A DNA stretch of 64,000 nt, from the IMG/VR virus record IMGVR_UViG_3300045988_157167, positions 1-64,000 of that record; one strand, 5' to 3'. Within the stretch, counting starts at the first letter, position 1, and the number at the start of each line of letters is the position of its first letter. The position numbers were made by a program, and so were the translations under genes. The stretch is from a virus. Below, one piece after another: positions 28,700-34,967 of the stretch. The notes below the pieces were generated by a model, which was given only the letters and a program-made list of their open reading frames with translations, was not told where the DNA came from and searched no databases.

Positions 28700-29560
28700 A
28701 TTAGAAGGCTTGAGATTAGAGCCTTCTGTAGACACCTTTCACGGCATTATTTATTCTCCGTTTATCCACGCACCTAATACGTATTGTCCATGACTGGTTG
28801 TAATTTTATAGTGCCACAAAACCCTAACACGAGGCACTCTACTATAGTACTACTCAACACTTCGTATTCTGTCTGCCTTGCGAGCAACAAAGGTTTGCAA
28901 AACCACCATGCAACTTCATGTTAAACGATTCACCCTTGGGAGGTGTTACGCACTAGATTATATCATGCAATGATATTCTAGTATTAAGCCACTTTCATAC
29001 TATAAGGGAACAGACTTTTCCTTTTATTGTTTTGTTATCATAGACAATTTATCATCCAAAATTAATATTCTCTATGCCTGTATAAATCTGAATTAAATTT
29101 GACAGACGTTGTGCTGTTCTTGAAGATTCGTTTCCTTTTGAGACACGAAATACTTCACAACATCAGTGTGTTTCATTGAATTCTTACTCCACGTTGTTAA
29201 TACATACTCCAGCCCTTTCACTGTTTCACTATTAACAATGGTTAGTGCCCTTTGTTATCAGCATCGGACTATATAACCTCCTGATTATGTCTCGCTACAT
29301 GACCAATTTGGCGTGAGGTAAATTATTCAGTGCCACCTGAAAATCTTCGATATACGGTTCGCCTTTTCGAAGACTGTCCCTCTTGGGTTACGTAGTTATC
29401 TCCACTACTATCAATTCATGAAGACGTTGGACATTCAGTTCTGCTTAGATGGACTAGTTTAACTAGCGGCATGTAGTCAGCATGCCTTTACACTGCTCAC
29501 ACAATGCTATCCTAAAGATACTAAGCTACCTAAAATAGATTTAGATTTATTTTTTAAAAC
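28700..29560 (-). ncRNA. large (~870 nt) highly structured noncoding RNA between two tRNAs; GOLLD/ROOL-class candidate
   Basis: No ORF on either strand, and visibly GC-richer than the flanks. Many local helices, e.g. GGCAUG-CUGACUA-CAUGCC, UCUUCGA...UCGAAGA, AGUGCC...GGCACU, AGAAGGCU-CUAAUCUCA-AGCCUUCU. Shares its promoter with tRNA-Gln. Confidence 0.6.
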
Positions 29561-29567
29561 ACATACA

Positions 29568-29641
29568 TGGCTGGGCGTAATAGATTCGAACTATTATTCC
29601 AGGAATCAAAATCCTGTGTCCTACCTTTGAACGAACACCCA
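29568..29641 (-). tRNA. tRNA-Gln (anticodon UUG), CCA encoded
   Basis: Hand-folded 74-nt cloverleaf: acceptor UGGGUGU/ACGCCCA, D stem GUUC/GGAC, anticodon stem CAGGA/UCCUG with loop UUUUGAU, T arm AAUAG-UUCGAAU-CUAUU. Confidence 0.85.
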
Positions 29642-29660
29642 ATATTTAACTGATAATTAT

Positions 29661-29706
29661 ATTCTAATCTCCCAACAATATTTTTTCAATCGGAACATAT
29701 TCCTAA
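29661..29706 (-). promoter_or_regulatory. promoter of the tRNA-Gln/large RNA/tRNA-Arg unit with upstream conserved 19-nt motif
   Basis: Minus strand: TTAGGAATATGTTCCGATT (29706-29688) overlaps -35 TTGAAA (29689-29684). A 17-nt spacer precedes -10 TAGAAT (29666-29661), and the tRNA starts at 29641. Confidence 0.65.
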
Positions 29707-29730
29707 TAAAAAAAGCCAGATTTCTCTGAC
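29707..29730 (-). terminator. intrinsic terminator after the recombinase gene
   Basis: The minus strand reads GUCAGA-GAAA-UCUGGC followed by UUUUUUUAU. Confidence 0.65.
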
Positions 29731-29757
29731 TTTTAAAATGTATTATTATTTATTTTC

Positions 29758-30339
29758 TTATTGATATTCTTTCATTCTTCTAATTAGTGTAGCTTTGCTT
29801 ATTCCTGTTACTTCTGTAACTTGCTTATAACTCATGCCACTTTGCTTTAGATCAATGGCATGCTTAATTTGTTTATTTGAATACTTTTGCGGTCTACCTT
29901 CCGTAAAATCTTCTCTTTGTCTAGCTATTGCCTTGCCTTCTTTTGTTCTTTCAACTATCATGTCTCTTTCAAATTCGGCAAATCCAAGGAAGATAGTTCT
30001 TATTAGCTTTCCGTTAGGTGTATTATCCATTAAACCTAAGTTTACTATATGAACCTTTATATCTTGTTCTAGTAATTTGTCTATTATGCTTAATCCATGT
30101 ATTGTACTTCTAGCAAATCTGTCTAACTTAGTTACTACTAATGTATCTCCTGGTTTTAATTGTTTAAGAAGTTTATCAAAATTTTTGCGATCTTCTTGTT
30201 TCTTTGTTCCAGTATAAGAATCAACTACTATGTTTTCTTCTAAACACCCATTTGCTAATAATATTTCTGTTTGACCTTCTAATGAGTTTCCATCTTTCTT
30301 TTGTGAGTAAGTACTAACTCTTGCATATCCATATTTCAT
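29758..30339 (-). CDS. small serine recombinase (resolvase/invertase family)
   Basis: 193 aa with the N-terminal catalytic motif [25 protein letters not shown], and a C-terminal HTH ([24 protein letters not shown]). Confidence 0.9.
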   Translation of the reverse strand: MKYGYARVSTYSQKKDGNSLEGQTEILLANGCLEENIVVDSYTGTKKQEDRKNFDKLLKQLKPGDTLVVTKLDRFARSTIHGLSIIDKLLEQDIKVHIVNLGLMDNTPNGKLIRTIFLGFAEFERDMIVERTKEGKAIARQREDFTEGRPQKYSNKQIKHAIDLKQSGMSYKQVTEVTGISKATLIRRMKEYQ

Positions 30340-30438
30340 ATTTACAACCCCCTATGATTATCTTTTATACTTATATTGTATCATAAGTCTTAAAAGTTGT
30401 AAACCTATTTATGGACTTTAAATATTTGTTTTTAACAT

Positions 30439-31701
30439 TTAAACATATGCAAATGTATATCCATGCGTTGTTTTTCCTTTTCCTTGTAATACCCTTTCTA
30501 TATTTTTTCTTGGGATATTTAGTTTTCTTGCACAAATCCCTATTCCCTCAATAATTTCTTCTGAATTATCTTTTAAATTTGTTGCTTTAATAGTTTTCTT
30601 AGGAGCAACATTTTTGCTATATTTAGCTTTTACTGCCAATATAGAAGTGTAATCCTTACTTTCTATATATGGAATTAACTGTTGTTTTACATTTATAGCA
30701 TCTTCTTCTGTTTTAAAATGGCCTATTGGTATCTGATTTCCATTAAAGGTTATTCTTAAAAACCAACTTTTCCTTTTAATATCATAATTAACTCCTTTTT
30801 CTTTGCTCTTATACATATTTTTATTTCTTATTTTTCTTAGCTTTTTACATTGCTCTTGTAATCCTTCTCTTTCACACATTTTTTCAAGTGTATATCTCGA
30901 ATGTCCAGTAAAATTTTCCATATCTATAAACGTTTCGATACCTTTTTCCATTCCTTTTAAAAATTTTTGTTTCATTCGAGTATTTTTCACATCTTTAAAA
31001 ACTTTACCATAATCTTTTATTTTTTCTTTGTAAAAAATAGTTCTAATGCTATTTTCTGCAAGATTATATTTATTACAAAGTTCTTCTAAAGAATAATTAT
31101 AAGAATATAAATCCTCTATAATTTTTTTATTTCTACACTCTATAAAATTTAATTGTTTGATTTTTTCATTTAAATCGGATCTCACATCTATCCAAGAGTC
31201 AAGATTTTTAATGCTATAAATGATATTTTCTCTAACTCCAGTTAATTTAGATATTTTCTTTATAGAGATTGGATTATTTTCTAGTACTGACAACATTTCC
31301 TTAACCTTAGCAATTTGATGCTCTGTATAATCACTTCTTTCTCTATTTACTTTCTTTAAATTTTCTAATCTTTTCTTTCGTATTTCTTCTGGAATTTCAT
31401 TTAGAAAATAGTCTCCACCTTCTGTCATATTAAATCCATTATTATAAGTATCATATTTTTTTATATAATACTTTTCTAAATCATTTAAAATGTCAAGTTC
31501 ATCACAATAATATATAGCTTTAAACTTAAAAGCATCTTCTCCATATTTATTCCAACTTCTTTGAAGATATTCATTATCATGATTACCTCTATTTAAAGCA
31601 CTTATATGGCTTTTCCATCTTTTTTCAAAATCTTGGATCGTTTGTCCTATATACATATCACCTGTTACTACATTTGTTATTGAGTAAATTCCAAAATACA
31701 T
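30439..31701 (-). CDS. GIY-YIG homing endonuclease with AP2-like DNA-binding domain
   Basis: GIYSITN...YIGQT...RWKSH...N..LQRSWNKYG matches the GIY-YIG module. The central part has HTH repeats. The C-terminal GVNYDIKRKSWFLRITFNGNQIPIGHFKTEEDA is AP2-like. Confidence 0.85.
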   Translation of the reverse strand: MYFGIYSITNVVTGDMYIGQTIQDFEKRWKSHISALNRGNHDNEYLQRSWNKYGEDAFKFKAIYYCDELDILNDLEKYYIKKYDTYNNGFNMTEGGDYFLNEIPEEIRKKRLENLKKVNRERSDYTEHQIAKVKEMLSVLENNPISIKKISKLTGVRENIIYSIKNLDSWIDVRSDLNEKIKQLNFIECRNKKIIEDLYSYNYSLEELCNKYNLAENSIRTIFYKEKIKDYGKVFKDVKNTRMKQKFLKGMEKGIETFIDMENFTGHSRYTLEKMCEREGLQEQCKKLRKIRNKNMYKSKEKGVNYDIKRKSWFLRITFNGNQIPIGHFKTEEDAINVKQQLIPYIESKDYTSILAVKAKYSKNVAPKKTIKATNLKDNSEEIIEGIGICARKLNIPRKNIERVLQGKGKTTHGYTFAYV

Positions 31702-31740
31702 TCTATCTCACCTCTTAATTATATTATATCACAAACTTAT

Positions 31741-31780
31741 ATCAGTTACAATCAGTTGTAATCAGTTGTAATCAGTTGTA
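31741..31780. repeat. 4 x 10-bp tandem repeat ATCAGTT(A/G)(C/T)A, candidate RHH operator
   Basis: Sequence is atcagttaca atcagttgta atcagttgta atcagttgta, exactly phased. It lies between the divergent GIY-YIG and RHH genes. Confidence 0.8.
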
Positions 31781-31794
31781 ATATATTTTATAAT
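31766..31794 (+). promoter_or_regulatory. candidate promoter of the RHH gene embedded in the repeat array
   Basis: -35 TTGTAA (31766-31771) inside the last repeat, 17-nt spacer, -10 TATAAT (31789-31794). Confidence 0.55.
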
Positions 31795-31812
31795 TAACTC
31801 GAGGTGATTATT

Positions 31813-31971
31813 TTGGCAAGAAAAGATTTAAAAAACAGAGTTCCAATTGGTTCCGCTATTGATAAAGAGTTGTATCAATGGCTTAAAGAATATTCTAACC
31901 AATCATCTGTTCCAATATCTAAACTTTTAGATAAAGCTATTCAACTTCTTAAAGAGTCTACTGTTAAGTAG
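31813..31971 (+). CDS. ribbon-helix-helix (CopG-like) DNA-binding protein, 52 aa, TTG start
   Basis: Own reading: GAGGTGA RBS then TTG. Product is LARKDLKNRVPIGSAIDKELYQWLKEYSNQSSVPISKLLDKAIQLLKESTVK-stop, with a beta-strand/helix/helix pattern. Below the track cutoff. Confidence 0.6.
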   Translation: MARKDLKNRVPIGSAIDKELYQWLKEYSNQSSVPISKLLDKAIQLLKESTVK

Positions 31972-32039
31972 GCTTTTTATTTTTTCTCAAGTTTCCAAAA
32001 AATTTTTTGTAGGATTTTTTTTGAGGTTTCATTTTCCCC

Positions 32040-32500
32040 TCAAGTCTCATTTTTTGCTGAGCAGTTCTCTGTGGCTTGGCGCACGCGTTGAAAATACTAG
32101 GGTATAGAATGCACCGCCCCCTTACCTGGAGTACCCTACCCCACCGAGAGGCCCTTGTTTTGCCTTGTTACTTATGACACTAAGTTATAAGACAAGTAAA
32201 CATATTGATATCACTTACTATGTCGAAGTGTATCATAACTTATAAGTATTGATACCTTATAGAGTACTATTAATGCTGTTGTCTTTTACTATACTGGTCT
32301 TACTGTTCACTCTGTTGTCTTATACCTTCTGTGCGCCCTTCTAAGATGTTATACTTTGTCTTGCCTGTCCTTATTCTATTGGTAATATATTCCTTCTCTT
32401 AATAGTTCTTATAGCTTAATATTATTAAATCAACTATTTAAATAGTTTTTTAAGGGCAACACCTCGTAAATATGGACCGCGATAAGCGCCCCCCTACATT
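32040..32500. other. unassigned GC-rich structured noncoding region downstream of terS
   Basis: No ORF, with GC-rich blocks in an AT-rich genome. Pairings include TAGGGTA/TACCCTA (32098-32139), GGCGCAC (32079-32085) with GTGCGCC (32331-32337), and CTCTGTGG/CCACCGAG. Strand not determined. Confidence 0.4.
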
Positions 32501-32505
32501 CCCTC

Positions 32506-32973
32506 TTATGATATTTCACTATCTGTTATATCTATTACATTCCCTTCTATAACATCTGAATCATTAAAATCATCCCAAGAAGGCTCATTATTATTTTCTT
32601 TTTCAGTTTCAGGAGTAATAACTGTTTTAGTTTCCACTTTTGAAATTGGAGCGCCAGCCAATCTATTAAGTAAGTATATGCTTGCATCTAGTCTAACCTT
32701 CTCGCTCTTAGCTGATCTTGATAGGTCGAGAATATTTTGTAAAAGTTGATTAGAGAATTTCATTATACGATTGTCAACTTTATTTTTAGCAACTTCATAT
32801 TGTCTATCAAGTTCTTCCATGAATTCTGGTCTTTTCTTCCAGCGCATTATAGTTTTTTCACAAACATCTAATTGGTCTGCTACTTCTTTATTAGTTGCAC
32901 CATACACTAATAATTCTGCTGCAATTAATTGGTCTTCTGTTAACCTAGAATCTTTTTCTCGTGGCATAATCAA
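32506..32973 (-). CDS. terS: terminase small subunit-like HTH protein
   Basis: N-terminal HTH LTEDQLIAAELLVYGATNKEVADQLDVCEKTIMRWKKRPEF and an acidic C-terminus. It occupies the expected position upstream of the packaging genes, but ~4.2 kb away from terL. Confidence 0.6.
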   Translation of the reverse strand: MIMPREKDSRLTEDQLIAAELLVYGATNKEVADQLDVCEKTIMRWKKRPEFMEELDRQYEVAKNKVDNRIMKFSNQLLQNILDLSRSAKSEKVRLDASIYLLNRLAGAPISKVETKTVITPETEKENNNEPSWDDFNDSDVIEGNVIDITDSEIS

Positions 32974-33479
32974 TTACCCTCCTTCCTTTTTATTTCTTCT
33001 CTTAAGTGATAATATAAAATTTTATGGACCATTGAAGGTGATTCTTTTCTATCACATGCAATAATATGAAGATTATCGAATTTGGCCATTAATGAAATTA
33101 CCATAGCCGCGCTAGCGTTAGGATGAACATGGCTTATATATTCACCTTTTAAAAGTTTGATATAATAATCCTTGTCTTGTATAAGCAAGAATAATTTAAC
33201 TCCTGCTTCTTTTGCTCTTTTTAGTTCCCTTATAAAACGGTTATCTTTATTTTCGTCTTTTGCTGGATCCATTAAGTTTCCTAGCAATTCATCTAATCCT
33301 GCTTTTCTTTCTATTAAAATATTAGGTATATATTCTCCTTGATATCTAATAGCATAATCTCCAGTATCTAATTTTTCTCTACTGGCCTGTATTCCATTTT
33401 TTATAAGAGTATCTTGGATTAATGTATCTTGTTCCCTTGTATCGCATATAATTTCGTAATCTTCATTTTTTATTTTCAT
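32970..33479 (-). CDS. ERCC4-type nuclease domain protein
   Basis: Motif order CDTREQ ... LDTGDY ... LIERKAGLDEL matches the D-x-RE / GD(Y/F) / ERK signature of ERCC4/Mus81-like nucleases. Confidence 0.6.
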   Translation of the reverse strand: MKIKNEDYEIICDTREQDTLIQDTLIKNGIQASREKLDTGDYAIRYQGEYIPNILIERKAGLDELLGNLMDPAKDENKDNRFIRELKRAKEAGVKLFLLIQDKDYYIKLLKGEYISHVHPNASAAMVISLMAKFDNLHIIACDRKESPSMVHKILYYHLREEIKRKEGN

Positions 33480-33635
33480 ATTATCCCCTTCTATAAGCTA
33501 AACATATTGAATTTGCAACATTTATAGAGGTTTATGCCGTAGGCAATTAAGAGAAATTCTGTTCTGTATATAATATATAACTAACAAACTCTAAAAATAG
33601 GTTCTAAATGTTGATATTACTTAATTTGTCCTTCT

Positions 33636-33686
33636 CGTAAAAAGTTTACTTTTTGCCGTTTTTTCCACGTAAAAAGTTTACTTTTT
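33636..33686. repeat. two copies of CGTAAAAAGTTTACTTTTT (palindromic core GTAAA-N3-TTTAC)
   Basis: Exact 19-mers at 33636-33654 and 33668-33686 in the intergenic region between the 311-aa gene and the ERCC4 gene. Confidence 0.75.
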
Positions 33687-33704
33687 TATTTTAAAGGCCT
33701 AATT

Positions 33705-34640
33705 TTAAGCATTAAAAAAAAGCCATGAAAGAGTTTTTCTATTCTCTTCTAGGCTATTCCCTCCCCATATTACAGCTGGGTTAATTACATAATAGTCTTT
33801 TATTCCGTATCCATTAGCAACCTTCACATAAGAAATAAGATAGTATTTTCGCCCATCTATTTTTATATAGAATTTTTTTAAACTTTCTCTAAATTTATAA
33901 ACACTTTGCTTACTAGTTGAAATTCCTAATAATTTGCAAATTTCTTCTGAATTTAGTTTTTTAAGCCTTGTAAAATCACTTTCTAATGGATTTCTACATA
34001 ATATATTAAGTTCAAAATTCATAAACGGAATAAGTTGATATATATAACTAAGTGTTTTATGTTGTCTAGGTGTGCAATTCTCATAAATGTGTCTAGTTGT
34101 TGAAATAAAAACTCTTGTAAAAGATTTGTCATTATCACGTTTACCTTTACTAAAATATTTCGGATCTATATAAAATTTATTATTAACCTCATAAATAATA
34201 TTATTTTCTTTCATTTGGGCCAAGAATAAATCAAATACCGTTACACTTAGTTTTAGTAGTTTTCTCATTTCTTCTCTAGTCATAGCATGAATAACTTTGC
34301 TTTTTCCATATTTTATAAGTAAATTTGCTTGTCTGTCATTATAGTCTAAATAAGTAGCTAAATAAATCAATCTGGCTATATTAGGTCTATCTATATTTAA
34401 ATTATAAAATAACAGTTTACTATTTACATAAAACATATGAACAAAGCCTCCTTGCTTGTTGCAATACTTCTTTAAATCATTTTTTCTATTAATTAATCTT
34501 TTCTGTTTCGGAGTTAATTTTTTAGATTGTTTCTGAATAACTAACTCTTCATCATTTTCTATTTTAAAAATATCTAGGAGATCTTCTGTTTCTGAGTTTA
34601 CTATTAAAACATCTTTCATTTCACATATCTCCTTTTTCAA
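33705..34640 (-). CDS. hypothetical protein with two winged-helix-like segments (Rep-like or late regulator candidate)
   Basis: 311 aa with two HTH-like stretches (MTREEMRKLLKLSVTVFDLFLAQMKENNIIYEV; LNSEEICKLLGISTSKQSVYKFRESLKKFYIKIDG). No firm family assignment. Confidence 0.4.
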   Translation of the reverse strand: MKKEICEMKDVLIVNSETEDLLDIFKIENDEELVIQKQSKKLTPKQKRLINRKNDLKKYCNKQGGFVHMFYVNSKLLFYNLNIDRPNIARLIYLATYLDYNDRQANLLIKYGKSKVIHAMTREEMRKLLKLSVTVFDLFLAQMKENNIIYEVNNKFYIDPKYFSKGKRDNDKSFTRVFISTTRHIYENCTPRQHKTLSYIYQLIPFMNFELNILCRNPLESDFTRLKKLNSEEICKLLGISTSKQSVYKFRESLKKFYIKIDGRKYYLISYVKVANGYGIKDYYVINPAVIWGGNSLEENRKTLSWLFFNA

Positions 34641-34763
34641 AATAAAAAGACAGTCCTGAAAAGACTGCCTTTACTTTGATACAATTAATGCATCTTAATA
34701 TAATTATAGCATATTTTTTTTAAGTTTTAAATGAATTTTAAATACATTAAGTATTTATAATCA

Positions 34764-34967
34764 TTATTTCTTTTCTATTATAATTTTATTTCCATCAAAA
34801 GTAGCAATTACCTCTCTACTTTCTGAATCAATTCCCATTTCCTTAATCCACATTGTTGGAATAGTTATTCTATTTGTTATTCCACCTTTCCCAGCAGTCC
34901 CACCACTCTTGTTAAAACTTACTTTCAAATTTCTTTGTTCTTCCATCATATTCTCCTTAAAATTCAT
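34764..34967 (-). CDS. AbrB/SpoVT-like DNA-binding protein
   Basis: RITIPTMWIKEMGIDSESREVIATFDGNKIIIEKK resembles the looped-hinge-helix SpoVT/AbrB domain. Confidence 0.55.
   Translation of the reverse strand: MNFKENMMEEQRNLKVSFNKSGGTAGKGGITNRITIPTMWIKEMGIDSESREVIATFDGNKIIIEKK

Noticed and set aside
28700-29560. The large inter-tRNA RNA interpreted as RNase P RNA, tmRNA or an rRNA fragment.
   Set aside because: I could not find the RNase P conserved blocks (GAGGAAAGUCC-type), a tRNA-Ala-like acceptor/T-arm pairing with a tag ORF, or rRNA-like sequence.
29758-30339. The serine recombinase interpreted as the prophage integrase.
   Set aside because: At 193 aa it has only the catalytic domain plus a short HTH (resolvase/invertase architecture). 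It lacks the large C-terminal domain of phage serine integrases.
31741-31780. The tandem repeats (also 60533-60659) interpreted as a CRISPR array.
   Set aside because: The units are 10 or 15 bp and contiguous, with no spacers. No cas genes other than the IscB relatives are present.
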